This document shows, in pieces, positions 8,526-18,153 of a DNA stretch of 56,298 nucleotides. Where the stretch lies: positions 1 to 56,298 of IMG/VR virus record IMGVR_UViG_3300002026_000071, one strand, 5' to 3'. Below the pieces are notes generated by a model, which saw nothing but the letters and a program-made list of their open reading frames with translations, did no database searches and was not told the DNA's origin. This DNA comes from a virus (lineage: Duplodnaviria; Caudoviricetes). Numbering within the stretch: the first letter of the stretch is position 1; each line of letters begins with the position of its first letter. The position numbers were made by a program, and so were the translations under genes.

Positions 8526-10781
8526 ATGACTATGCTTCAACTAACTAAAGCTGAACTAGATAAATACGACGCATTTAACTTGAAGCTTAACTCTAACATT
8601 CAGCGCGTTACTAATGCTATTCCTTTCCAAACTATCGAGCCTCGTGTCAAGGCTATGATAGCTGTTACTCAACTTACCGTCTTTGCCTCACAGTTTCGCC
8701 GCAATGTACGCCTATGGGACGACACCCTAGTCCCAATCAATACCATCTCATTCGCCATCTTAGGCTCAGGCGCAGGCAAGGACTCATCAGTTAAGGCTGC
8801 TCGCAAATGTTTTGCACCTGGCTACGACTTACTCCTTAACACTCGCAAGTCTATCGAAGTACGTGCTGCTCAAGTCGCTGCTGCTAATGCTGGCGAAGAG
8901 TCCACTCTCGAGTACGAAGTCTACAAGAAGTACATGCGCCCACTTCCACCTATCGACATTATGCCTACTACAGGCCCAGGCCTCATTCAGCATATCAACG
9001 ACGTCGGTGATTTATCCCTCAGCGCCTCATTCGTCTACTCAGGTGAGTTCTCTGACGAACTAGCTTATAACCAAGACATGATGGAGTGCATCAAGATCCT
9101 TTCAGAAGTCTATGATACCGGCGACAAAGAAGTCAAGTATACCAAAGGCACAGAGTTCCGCTCTAAAGCCATTAATGGTCAAGCCGTCTCAGCTCTCATG
9201 GTCGGCTCACCAGGCCATATTCTCTATGACGAAGCTACCAAGAAGAAGTTCCACGTAGCGTTCATGTCCAAATTAGCTCGTCGATCATGGTTCTGCTATT
9301 CTCCAGAGAATATCCCTGAACCTACTTTCGACTCAGTCGACTCTATGCTCGAGTACGAAACCAAGTTAGAGCTCGACGCCTTATCCGCTCGCAATGCTAT
9401 GTCCCAACACATCAAGTCCGTCACTGAGTACGGCTTATCTACTGCCGGCACAGAGATCTCAGTCCCTGAAGAAGTATTCCGCCTATTTAAGACCTACAAA
9501 CGTTACAACTCTGAACTAGCTGATTCCTTTCCTAATCAATCCTCTACCAGTGTCCTTATTCGCCGCCATCTTCAATGGAAGGCCATCAAATTAGCAGGTG
9601 CATTTACCATCTTTGACAAATCCTCCTCTATCACCGCCACTAACTACATAGACGCTATCCGCTTTTGTGAACTACTCTCCAACGATATGGCCTTATTCGA
9701 ATACGACTTATCTAAGTCCGATCACGAACGATTCGCCGATTATATCCGCACACAAGTCCTACTCGATGGTAAAGCTACTATCAGCCTTCACGACTTAAAG
9801 AAGCACAACTTCATCACCGCTGTTTCGCATACCAAGCTTAAAGAACTCATCGCCTTAGCATCCGGCTATGATAAGTCAGGCGTCTACTCACTAGTTAACG
9901 ATGGCACAGCTATTCTCTATGAACCGATCGTAAAAACCGATGTTATCAACGTCTCATATAAGCCCATCAACATATCTCACCTAGAATCGGCCATTATCGC
10001 TAATGACGCCGACGCTATTGCCAACGCTAAGCGTGACTTAGCTACTTCAGCAGTTTACGGCTTCGAATCCGGAGAGACCTCATTCGCCGACTTAGCTCAT
10101 CTCTTATCGTCCTCATACGCCTATTCACCTTTCCGCTTTAAAAATGGCGTACGTGGCAAGGACAACATCCTCGGCGGTACCAAGTGGTTAGTCTTCGACA
10201 TTGATCACTCACACATCAGTGCATCCGAAGCTCATTTCATGCTTTCCGATCTCAATCACCATATTGCCCTATCTACTAACGTCTCCAACGACTATAAGTT
10301 CCGTGTCCTACTTGAGCTAGATTCCGTAGTTGACCTTGACAATCTCACCTGGCGTCATTTCTACCGTCTCGTAGCTGAGCATCTCGCTTTAGAAGTCGAC
10401 TTACTTCCCCAATCACAGATCTTCTTCTCATATGCAGGTCGCCCTCTTATGTCAGTCACCGACGCTACTCCACTCGAGGTACGTCCATTTGTCATGACTG
10501 CCAAAGACCGTGTTACCAACTCACCTACTATCACCCCTCTCACTACTGCACAGAAGAAGCTCCTTCTAGCAGATAGCATGACTACTTTTGCCTTCGCTTT
10601 CAATGCTCCATTTGGCGCAGGTTCTCGCAGTGTTATCCGCGCTATGTACTACCTCAAGGAACTCGGCGGCACTTTAGCCGAAGCCTTATCACTCTACGAC
10701 GACATCCAAGACTACTGGGAGCTTCCTTTCGAGCCCACCCGCTCTGAGGCCATTCGCCAGCAAATCCGCCGTATGTTCTAA
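8526..10781 (+). CDS. Putative DNA primase / primase-helicase (N4 gp43-like)
   Basis: N-terminal P-loop GSGAGKDS; C-terminal AEP-like WLVFDID...HHIALS...KFRVLL. Confidence 0.72.
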   Translation: MTMLQLTKAELDKYDAFNLKLNSNIQRVTNAIPFQTIEPRVKAMIAVTQLTVFASQFRRNVRLWDDTLVPINTISFAILGSGAGKDSSVKAARKCFAPGYDLLLNTRKSIEVRAAQVAAANAGEESTLEYEVYKKYMRPLPPIDIMPTTGPGLIQHINDVGDLSLSASFVYSGEFSDELAYNQDMMECIKILSEVYDTGDKEVKYTKGTEFRSKAINGQAVSALMVGSPGHILYDEATKKKFHVAFMSKLARRSWFCYSPENIPEPTFDSVDSMLEYETKLELDALSARNAMSQHIKSVTEYGLSTAGTEISVPEEVFRLFKTYKRYNSELADSFPNQSSTSVLIRRHLQWKAIKLAGAFTIFDKSSSITATNYIDAIRFCELLSNDMALFEYDLSKSDHERFADYIRTQVLLDGKATISLHDLKKHNFITAVSHTKLKELIALASGYDKSGVYSLVNDGTAILYEPIVKTDVINVSYKPINISHLESAIIANDADAIANAKRDLATSAVYGFESGETSFADLAHLLSSSYAYSPFRFKNGVRGKDNILGGTKWLVFDIDHSHISASEAHFMLSDLNHHIALSTNVSNDYKFRVLLELDSVVDLDNLTWRHFYRLVAEHLALEVDLLPQSQIFFSYAGRPLMSVTDATPLEVRPFVMTAKDRVTNSPTITPLTTAQKKLLLADSMTTFAFAFNAPFGAGSRSVIRAMYYLKELGGTLAEALSLYDDIQDYWELPFEPTRSEAIRQQIRRMF

Positions 10782-10789
10782 GGACTACT

Positions 10790-11041
10790 ATGATTATAGC
10801 TTCTCAACGCATGCATAAACACTCTAATGATGTAGCTATTCTCGTAGCCTGGCGAGAAGCCGTTCGTGGCTATCCTACTACTGCAGCTATTGTTTTTAAT
10901 CTCGCTGGACAGCCTAGTGGTTGTGTTTCCTTAGGGTTTTGCGCTAACTGTCGCTTTCGCGATTTCTGCGGCAAAGAGTCACCGTCTGTAGCACATATGT
11001 TCACTAGTTTATCTAGTACACATCCCGAATTACTTATCTAA
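10790..11041 (+). CDS. PE-tag family Cys-cluster protein (ends HPELLI)
   Basis: CVSLGFCANCRFRDFC; TAAGGA RBS. Confidence 0.8.
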   Translation: MIIASQRMHKHSNDVAILVAWREAVRGYPTTAAIVFNLAGQPSGCVSLGFCANCRFRDFCGKESPSVAHMFTSLSSTHPELLI

Positions 11042-11049
11042 GGACCACT

Positions 11050-13086
11050 ATGGCAATTATCACCGATTCTCAATCTAACATCTTAGACACTAGCGGCCTT
11101 TCTATTAACGAGTTCACCATCAAGGCTGATGCTGCTATGTTCGCTGTCTTAACTCAGCGAGTATATACCGACTTAATTAGTGCACCGATTCGTGAATGGT
11201 CGACTAATGCAGTTGACGCATGTCTTGCCGCTGATCTACCTATCAAGTTCCATGTCCATTTACCTACTCTCGCAGAACTCCACTTTTCTGTTCGCGACTA
11301 CGGCACTGGTTTAGCACCTGACGACATTCTCGGCCTATTCACCATCCTAGGTGAGTCGTCCAAGCGCAACTCCAACTTATACAACGGTCAGTTCGGCTTA
11401 GGTCGACTCTCAGGCCTAGCCTACTCCAGCTCCTTTACCGTCGACTCTTATCACAATGGCGAGCATCACTCTTATCTCATCTCGATGCAAGATGGTATAC
11501 CTATTGCAGCTCATTTATCGTCCTCACTCACTGACGAACCTAATGGCCTTAAGCTGTCCTTACCTATTAAACCTACTGACATTAGCTCCTTCTACACTAA
11601 GGCTCAACGCATTTTCCTTTACTTTACTCCTCGTCCGACATTTAACATAGATATGATCTTCCATGACTCTAAGCTCCTCCATATATCTGACGAGTTCCTA
11701 TTTGACGGCAACTTGAGTGGCTACCACGACAACTACATCCTCATGGGCAACGTTCTTTATCAGATTCCATCTAGCATCAGTAATGGCGGAGTATCTCGTC
11801 TAGTTATTACCGCACCAATCGGAGCAGTCTCTATCAATCCAGGCCGTGAGTCTTTATCTCTTACTGATTCAACCATTGCTTATCTAACCGACGCATTTAA
11901 ACGTGCCAATACTGCGATTGCTACTTATGCAGATATTTCTATCTCATCAGAACCTACTGACTTCGCCCGTTTAAAGGCCTACTCGCTACTATCCGAATCT
12001 TTACCGTACGCCATGCGAGGTACTATTTCCGTTACTATTCCATCCGGCTCGTACACCGCAGGTCTTATCCCTAGCTTAACTCTCAACGAGCATACAGACA
12101 TCCATATCCGTCTTCCACTATCATTCCGCTATTTTCAGCCTAACGCGGCTAAGTCTTATGACTGTAATGATCGTAATGTTCGTCCATCACTATTTACCGC
12201 CTGCCATTACCTAGTCCTTAACACAACAGCTCCACTACTAGAAGCCGTCAATGCATTTCGTGCCACACTTCCAGCTCGTTCGCAAGTTATGGTCATCTCA
12301 CGTCAGTCAGGCACTAAACTCCCTGAACTAGTTCCACTCGCTTCAGAAATCCTTACTGACTTAGGCATACCTTTCACTCTAGCTTCCTCATTAGTTGCTG
12401 ACCGTACAAAGACTAAAGCACTTACTCCACGCGAAGCTGGCATATATGTATGTCGTGCAAATCTTACTGACAATACTCTCAAGTTTGATAGCGGGACATT
12501 GGCCTTCGATGACGCCACTTACTATTATTTCGAACTTAATGGTTATACACCAGCTAATGCAGATGCGCTTGCTATAGCCACTGCATTTTACGCCTTGCCT
12601 GTAAAAGCTCGCGAACGTGTATGGTTAGTAGGCGTTCAGAAGAAGTACTTTTCCGCCGTACAACAACTCGATTCATTTCAGCCTGCTTTCGAAGCTATTC
12701 AATCATACTTCAATGCAAATCATCTTACTGTTATTGACTCTACTTATATGAGTACATACTTAACACACGACGGCATTCCACCTATCAGTCCATCTAAGTA
12801 TCAAGTATTCATCGACGAGTACACAACTCGCTCATTACTACTTACTGATTGGTACGTTACTTCGGACCTATTCAACAAGTTCGCGCCTGTTTTCAACATT
12901 CCGCATACTTACCACAAGCTCACTTACACGCGTACAGAGATTGAGCAGTTTTATCCTATTTTCTCTAAGTTACAGCATTACAACAGCGGTCAGTCTGATG
13001 TCAACTATTACATGCAATTGGAGGCATACCGTGAACGTACCTCACATTCTTATGACGAACGGGGACATCCTCTTCACTTTACCTGA
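11050..13086 (+). CDS. rIIA: rIIA-like protein (GHKL/HATPase N-terminal domain)
   Basis: Y.D...APIREWSTNAVDA, VRDYGTGL, S.KR.SN...GQFGLG, LMGNVLY, SINPGRESLS. Confidence 0.88.
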   Translation: MAIITDSQSNILDTSGLSINEFTIKADAAMFAVLTQRVYTDLISAPIREWSTNAVDACLAADLPIKFHVHLPTLAELHFSVRDYGTGLAPDDILGLFTILGESSKRNSNLYNGQFGLGRLSGLAYSSSFTVDSYHNGEHHSYLISMQDGIPIAAHLSSSLTDEPNGLKLSLPIKPTDISSFYTKAQRIFLYFTPRPTFNIDMIFHDSKLLHISDEFLFDGNLSGYHDNYILMGNVLYQIPSSISNGGVSRLVITAPIGAVSINPGRESLSLTDSTIAYLTDAFKRANTAIATYADISISSEPTDFARLKAYSLLSESLPYAMRGTISVTIPSGSYTAGLIPSLTLNEHTDIHIRLPLSFRYFQPNAAKSYDCNDRNVRPSLFTACHYLVLNTTAPLLEAVNAFRATLPARSQVMVISRQSGTKLPELVPLASEILTDLGIPFTLASSLVADRTKTKALTPREAGIYVCRANLTDNTLKFDSGTLAFDDATYYYFELNGYTPANADALAIATAFYALPVKARERVWLVGVQKKYFSAVQQLDSFQPAFEAIQSYFNANHLTVIDSTYMSTYLTHDGIPPISPSKYQVFIDEYTTRSLLLTDWYVTSDLFNKFAPVFNIPHTYHKLTYTRTEIEQFYPIFSKLQHYNSGQSDVNYYMQLEAYRERTSHSYDERGHPLHFT

Positions 13087-13390
13087 AGGTCCTCACTACG
13101 TTACTCCGATGTCTTTCAATTACCGCCATATTAAGTCCTTACTTCCCATCACACTAGAGGACTTAACCCCATTACTAGTTCAACCGCCTACTCCTGATGG
13201 TGTCTACTATGTACATGCTTCAGATCGCCTTTATGCTCTTCATGTTATGCCTGCTGGTCAAATGTTTTATCTAACGTTCGTCTCTCAAATAGAGATAATG
13301 TCGTCTACTACTATACCAAACAAAGAATGCCATGGCGTCTATGTCTGTATAGAAGACATCCTAACAGATTATCCGGAGTATTTCCTATGA
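13031..13390 (+). CDS. Short protein in the rIIB position, with PE tag (ends YPEYFL)
   Basis: GTG start at 13031 behind GGAGG, overlapping the rIIA end; N-terminus loosely resembles the rIIB N-terminal region. Confidence 0.65.
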   Translation: MNVPHILMTNGDILFTLPEGPHYVTPMSFNYRHIKSLLPITLEDLTPLLVQPPTPDGVYYVHASDRLYALHVMPAGQMFYLTFVSQIEIMSSTTIPNKECHGVYVCIEDILTDYPEYFL

Positions 13391-13584
13391 CTATTAACAT
13401 CGAATTAGTTTGTCGCGAGTGCTTAGGACCACTCTATTTCGACTACGATAAGAGTTTGGACCGTTACCGTATTGAACCTTGCGAGTGTACTCTCGAGGAA
13501 ATTCGCCAGCTCAAGTTTGAGCTAGAGTCTGCTATTGCCCTACTCGACGAATGTCGCCCATTATGTCCGGAGCTATTCATATGA
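13387..13584 (+). CDS. PE-tag family Zn-ribbon-like protein (ends CPELFI)
   Basis: CREC...PCEC; ATGA overlap. Confidence 0.75.
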   Translation: MTINIELVCRECLGPLYFDYDKSLDRYRIEPCECTLEEIRQLKFELESAIALLDECRPLCPELFI

Positions 13585-13799
13585 CTCTCGACATAGCCCA
13601 TCAACTAGTTAAAGAAGGCACATTCGTCATCGACGTTATGCGCCAACCATCCATTCAATGTGCTTTTCTTGGCCCTTGCTCAAACTGCGAGTACGCAACG
13701 GATTTAAGAAGTATTAACTGCCCTGACTGTTACGCGTTTCGTTTAGATATCACTAACTGCGATAAGCTTTTAGAAAGTTATCCCGAACTAACCATCTAA
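13581..13799 (+). CDS. PE-tag family Cys-cluster protein (ends YPELTI)
   Basis: CAFLGPCSNC...CPDC; ATGA overlap. Confidence 0.75.
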   Translation: MTLDIAHQLVKEGTFVIDVMRQPSIQCAFLGPCSNCEYATDLRSINCPDCYAFRLDITNCDKLLESYPELTI

Positions 13800-13807
13800 G
13801 GACGAAT

Positions 13808-14104
13808 ATGCGTACTAATTTAGGCGATTTAACGATTGGTAGTTATGCAATAGTTCGAACGGGCTCTGGTATATACTATGCACGTCTAGAAAATATCAGC
13901 ACTAAATCAGATATGACGAGGGCAGTATTTATTGTCAGACAGACGTTTATAGGTGTACAGCCCGTGCCTGCGACACTAGTAGTAAACTACATCGATTTTA
14001 GTGCAAGTGGTCTTACTATACTATGGAAAGGTGCATATTCGCTTGATGCAACTGACATTAAAGAACTTTTACTTCAACTTAACTTCCCTGAACTAATCAT
14101 CTAA
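13808..14104 (+). CDS. PE-tag family small protein (ends FPELII)
   Basis: TAAGGA RBS; SH3-like beta pattern. Confidence 0.8.
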   Translation: MRTNLGDLTIGSYAIVRTGSGIYYARLENISTKSDMTRAVFIVRQTFIGVQPVPATLVVNYIDFSASGLTILWKGAYSLDATDIKELLLQLNFPELII

Positions 14105-14112
14105 GGACACAC

Positions 14113-14928
14113 ATGAGTTACTTCACCTACAATCAAGGTCTTTCCACCACCAACGGAGCTTTCCGCATTTCAGCCTCTCAACTTAGCAAATTCTTCGATT
14201 CCACTTCCCAGTGGTATCGCGAGCACCTTCTTGGCGAGGCTGGCTTCGAAGGCTCAGTCAATTCCCACTTAGGCACTGTAGTTCACGCAGCTGCTGCTAT
14301 GTACATTGACTCTAAGTCCATCAGCAAGTCAGAGATCGCCACACACATCTCTTCTCTCGATTCCCTCACTAGCGAGGAACGCCAGTTTATCGCTGACCAG
14401 CATAAGCCTATGATCGAGGCACTTGTTAATCAGTACCTCTCTACAGCCCACATAACCGAATCTGAATCTTTCCTCTTCCAGGAAATCTTGCCAGGTATCG
14501 GCGTTGGTGGCTCATGCGATGCCTACGATGAGCATTCTGCTTCTATCATCGACTTTAAAACTACTTCCTCAAAGACTCCGCCTACTAAGTTCCCTCGAGC
14601 TTACTGGTTTCAGCTTATGACTTACGCCTGGCTCTACAAACAACAAGGTAAGCCAGTGGACTACCTCAAGCTAATCTACGTCACAACTAACGAAGTAGGT
14701 CGTGTCTCAGAAAAGACAGGCAAGCCTCTCCAGGACTACCCATCTACTGTAACCATCCTTACTGAGCAAGTCACTGCCGAATCACTCGAGCTTATCGAGG
14801 GCTGTATTCGCCTAATAGCTGACTCTGTAGCCTACTGGCAGTCGCATCCTGAACATCGTTACTTACTTGCTCAAGATTATCGCCTTAAGCTACCTACTAA
14901 GGCCACCCCTACACTATTCAAGGACTAG
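14113..14928 (+). CDS. PD-(D/E)XK (RecB/Cas4-like) exonuclease
   Basis: SASQL, GT.VH, GSCD...IIDFKT, QLMTYAWL. Confidence 0.88.
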   Translation: MSYFTYNQGLSTTNGAFRISASQLSKFFDSTSQWYREHLLGEAGFEGSVNSHLGTVVHAAAAMYIDSKSISKSEIATHISSLDSLTSEERQFIADQHKPMIEALVNQYLSTAHITESESFLFQEILPGIGVGGSCDAYDEHSASIIDFKTTSSKTPPTKFPRAYWFQLMTYAWLYKQQGKPVDYLKLIYVTTNEVGRVSEKTGKPLQDYPSTVTILTEQVTAESLELIEGCIRLIADSVAYWQSHPEHRYLLAQDYRLKLPTKATPTLFKD

Positions 14929-14930
14929 TT

Positions 14931-15338
14931 ATGCCCTCTTACTTAATTGAGCCTTTATCAATTACTCAATCCGGTAGATTAACCGGCAAATCAGTCCGTA
15001 CTTACGAACTTGATGACGACAACCAGCTTACCGGCGTTGTATATTCGCTAAAGAACGGCTCACTAGTTAAAGGTACTGGCACAAAGAAAGTTAGCGGTTG
15101 GAGGCCTATTAGCCGCCATCCTGTGCATTCATCAATCCCTCCTATGAAAGACTATTGGAACTACTATCGTTTCACTTCACCTGAGTTAGCCTTACTAGCT
15201 AAGTTCTCCTCCTATTCACGCCAACTTGCTAATGTCCAAACTCAGCAACGTCAAATTGCAGCGAATCTAGCTTCACATGCTTCTTATACTAGCCAATTTG
15301 ACAAGTTATCTTCTGCTTATCCAGAGTGCTTCCTATGA
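14931..15338 (+). CDS. PE-tag family protein (ends YPECFL)
   Basis: AAGGA RBS; resembles 15748..16149 in the C-terminal half. Confidence 0.8.
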   Translation: MPSYLIEPLSITQSGRLTGKSVRTYELDDDNQLTGVVYSLKNGSLVKGTGTKKVSGWRPISRHPVHSSIPPMKDYWNYYRFTSPELALLAKFSSYSRQLANVQTQQRQIAANLASHASYTSQFDKLSSAYPECFL

Positions 15339-15739
15339 GACGCCGCATAGTTGAGGCTTCCTTTACTACACCTGAAGGTTTCCACGCCTTAGTTGTCTTT
15401 AACGACATGGGCCATCGCTGCGGCTATGTAGGTGTACCTCATAATCATTTTTCCGCACATCGTGCATCTGATAGTCTTTATCATATAAATGTACATGGCG
15501 GTGTAACTTTCTGCGATTCTATACACCTCGAAGGCGCATGCCCATCACTATGGTATATAGGTTTTGATTGTAATCATATGGAGGACGCACAGGACGTAGA
15601 TTCGATGTACAAATACGGTATTTCGCCTTTACCTTATCATGTACAACATCCCGAAGCTACTGTCCGCACTCTAAACTTCTGCACCGACCAGTGCAACCTA
15701 CTATCAGCCCAACTCGATAAAATCGAGTTATTCATTTAA
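15335..15739 (+). CDS. Conserved phage hypothetical protein with variant tag (ends IELFI)
   Basis: GHRCGYVGVP...VHGGVTF...WYIGFDCNH pattern seen in many phage hypotheticals. Confidence 0.75.
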   Translation: MRRRIVEASFTTPEGFHALVVFNDMGHRCGYVGVPHNHFSAHRASDSLYHINVHGGVTFCDSIHLEGACPSLWYIGFDCNHMEDAQDVDSMYKYGISPLPYHVQHPEATVRTLNFCTDQCNLLSAQLDKIELFI

Positions 15740-15747
15740 GGACTATC

Positions 15748-16149
15748 ATGTTTCTAATTAAGCAGCCTTATGCAAGTTCTGGCCTTAAAGTAACTTACAA
15801 CAAAACGCTTGAGATATACGAAGGTATTCTAAATAACCGCCATTTTATAGCTACAAGTAAACACACTAAAAAAGGAAAGGTTTGGAAAGAACAGAAGATC
15901 ACTACTACGAACTGTTTTTACCAGTCTGTAGTTGCAACTTTAGCTAATCTTAACCATCACCACTCCTATAGCTTAGTCTTCAGCACTTTCGATGAAGCCT
16001 ACTTAGCTAAGTGCTTACTAATTGAACGTATGCGCAAAGACTATCTTCTAGCCATCACCCAACTTCAAGAGAAGCTCAACCGTAATGTCCCTAACATAGA
16101 CATAGATCTCACCAATTTAAGCTCCCGCTACCCTGAATATTTTATTTAA
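15748..16149 (+). CDS. PE-tag family protein (ends YPEYFI)
   Basis: TAAGGA RBS; C-terminal motif. Confidence 0.8.
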   Translation: MFLIKQPYASSGLKVTYNKTLEIYEGILNNRHFIATSKHTKKGKVWKEQKITTTNCFYQSVVATLANLNHHHSYSLVFSTFDEAYLAKCLLIERMRKDYLLAITQLQEKLNRNVPNIDIDLTNLSSRYPEYFI

Positions 16150-16168
16150 CTCAACACAAAGGAACCAT

Positions 16169-17147
16169 ATGTCAGTTAAGCTACTAATTAGCTCTGAAGC
16201 TAATGCCGGTAAGACCACTCTTACCAAATCACTCAAAGACGCGCTTGTCGTATCACACGACGGCAAGAAGTATCCATTCAAAGTACCGCACGTAATGGTC
16301 GATACATTCGACTCATCTACTGCGCTGATCAATCTAATCAACCAGAAAATTCTCGCTTACAAAGAGAAGTTTGGTGCTTACCCGAAGACAATCGTTTTCG
16401 ACTCCGTCTCAAAGATCTTCGATACTATCCTAGACAACTGCTCGGCTAAGCACACTGGCTTCAAAATATATAGCGAGCTCTCTCGAGAGATCCACGACAT
16501 CACTGACTACGTACAGAACACCCTTATCGCCTCTGATATGAACGTAGTTCTCATCTCACATGCTATCTGGGACCAAGAGACCGCCAAGTACAATCTTGTA
16601 GGTAAAGGTGAATATCGCCTTGCTGCATAGCGATGTGCAGTTAGTACACTAATCATGTACAATATTCCTCTAATTGCTGGAAACTCTCGAAGCATAAAGT
16701 ACCAAAGCGTAACAATCTTTATGTATGTGACAATCAGCAGCCAAGCCCATTACGGGAAGGTTCAACGACTAGTCGAAAGACGTAGACTCAAGTGAGTCGA
16801 AACGGGGAATCACTATTTAAGCCAAAAGTATTCCTAAATAGTGTAAGATATAGTCTATTCTGTATGGAGACATACAGCAGTCCGTTTAGGACGTTTTAAG
16901 AGTAACGACCTTAAAAGAATATTAGGATTTCCAAAAACGTGGTGGCTTCCTAGCTGAAGTAGATTACGCCCTCTTCTTAGAGACTAAGAACAACAAGCGT
17001 ATCATCCATTTCCGCTCAACTAAGTTCCCTGCTCGTACTCTCCTCGACGATGATCCTGACAGCATCTCCACCGATGACTTCGATTTACAAGTTTACCTAG
17101 ATCGCCTAGCTTCAGTACAGGACGCTGTAGACGAGTTCGTCCTCTAG
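16169..17147 (+). CDS. AAA_24/Sak4-like ATPase (N4 gp44-like), spliced: exon1 16169-16609, exon2 16926-17147 (220 aa)
   Basis: Walker A SEANAGKTT, Walker B IVFDS, LISH; the join restores YNLVGKG|DFQKRGGFLAEVDY and reads to TAG at 17145-17147. Confidence 0.85.
16610..16925 (+). ncRNA. Group I intron (IA-like, no ORF) in the AAA ATPase gene
   Basis: Exon ends in U with P1 AAGGU/GCCUU; P AATTGCTGGAAA, Q AATCAGCAG, R TTCAACGACTA, P7.1/P7.2 hairpins, S AAGATATAGTCT; terminal G at 16925. Confidence 0.9.
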
Positions 17148-17149
17148 TT

Positions 17150-17398
17150 ATGAATCTCCATTCGGACACATTCGCCATTATTTACGACCCCGACACCAAA
17201 TACTACATGCTATTCGATCGTGGTCTCTACTTCTGGCGTTCGTCTATTGCAGATCTTCTCACGAACAAGTACGCCGATCGTAGCACTACTACTCAATCAC
17301 TTGTAGAAGTTGCCCACCATCAGGCCAACTTAGAGGTTCTCTACTCTTACCCATCCCGCGCTGCCTTTCTAGAGGCTCACCCAGAACTACTAATCTGA
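17150..17398 (+). CDS. PE-tag family small protein (ends HPELLI)
   Basis: C-terminal motif; sits between the AAA and SSB genes. Confidence 0.8.
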   Translation: MNLHSDTFAIIYDPDTKYYMLFDRGLYFWRSSIADLLTNKYADRSTTTQSLVEVAHHQANLEVLYSYPSRAAFLEAHPELLI

Positions 17399-17436
17399 CC
17401 AACATGTCGTTAAACTGAATACACAAAGGAACATAC

Positions 17437-18108
17437 ATGAACTTTAAAGTATCCACCGCTAAGGAAGCTTTATCAACTTTTGGTGAGTCTAGCTTTATCG
17501 CAGCCTCAGGTATCTATGACGTAACTATCAAATTCGCATCAGTAGACGTATCTAAAGGCGGTGCTGAATCAGTCAACTTCAATGTCGACTACAACGGCAA
17601 CGACGTAACTCTCTACGGACCGTACGTCACTAACAAAGACGGTGCTACTAACGAAATTGGCGCTAAGCTAATCAACTCCCTCGCAGTAATCGCAGGTATG
17701 GGCAACGGCCAATCATTCACTACTGAAGAAGAATCACACACCGTAGGCAAAGACAAGAAAGAGCAAACGTTCACAGTCATCACTGACTTCAGCGACTTGC
17801 CTGTCAAAGTCTGGCTACAACTCGAGTATTCTCGCAATCCAGAAACTCAAGACATCAAAGAACGCAAAGTCATCAAAGCCTTTTACCGCGCTGCTGACGA
17901 TGCTGACGCTGCAGAGATCGCCTCTAACACCAGCATAGGTAAGCGCCTTGCTATTGTCCAAGAGAAGTACGCCTCTAATATCACCTACAAAGACGTGACT
18001 CCAGAGGAAGTAGCTCAATGGAAAGCCAACAAAGCCGCCAACAAAGCCGCTCCTGCTAAGCCGATGCCTAAAGCAGCCGCTAAACCATCCACTAGTTTAT
18101 TCAAGTAA
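17437..18108 (+). CDS. Putative single-stranded DNA-binding protein (N4 gp45-like)
   Basis: OB-like beta pattern, Ala/Lys/Pro-rich tail ending SLFK, strong codon bias, syntenic after the AAA ATPase. Confidence 0.72.
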   Translation: MNFKVSTAKEALSTFGESSFIAASGIYDVTIKFASVDVSKGGAESVNFNVDYNGNDVTLYGPYVTNKDGATNEIGAKLINSLAVIAGMGNGQSFTTEEESHTVGKDKKEQTFTVITDFSDLPVKVWLQLEYSRNPETQDIKERKVIKAFYRAADDADAAEIASNTSIGKRLAIVQEKYASNITYKDVTPEEVAQWKANKAANKAAPAKPMPKAAAKPSTSLFK

Positions 18109-18153
18109 CCTCATGGGCAGCTCACCACGTAAGCCCCATTACAAAGGACCTTA

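Noticed and set aside
14113-14928. Cas4 as part of a CRISPR system
   Set aside because: PD-(D/E)XK nuclease without the four-Cys cluster, with no cas1/cas2 or array; a normal phage replication or recombination nuclease
17990-18100. Short repeats AAAGCCAACAAAGCCGCCAACAAAGCC
   Set aside because: Low-complexity Ala/Lys linker coding in the SSB tail
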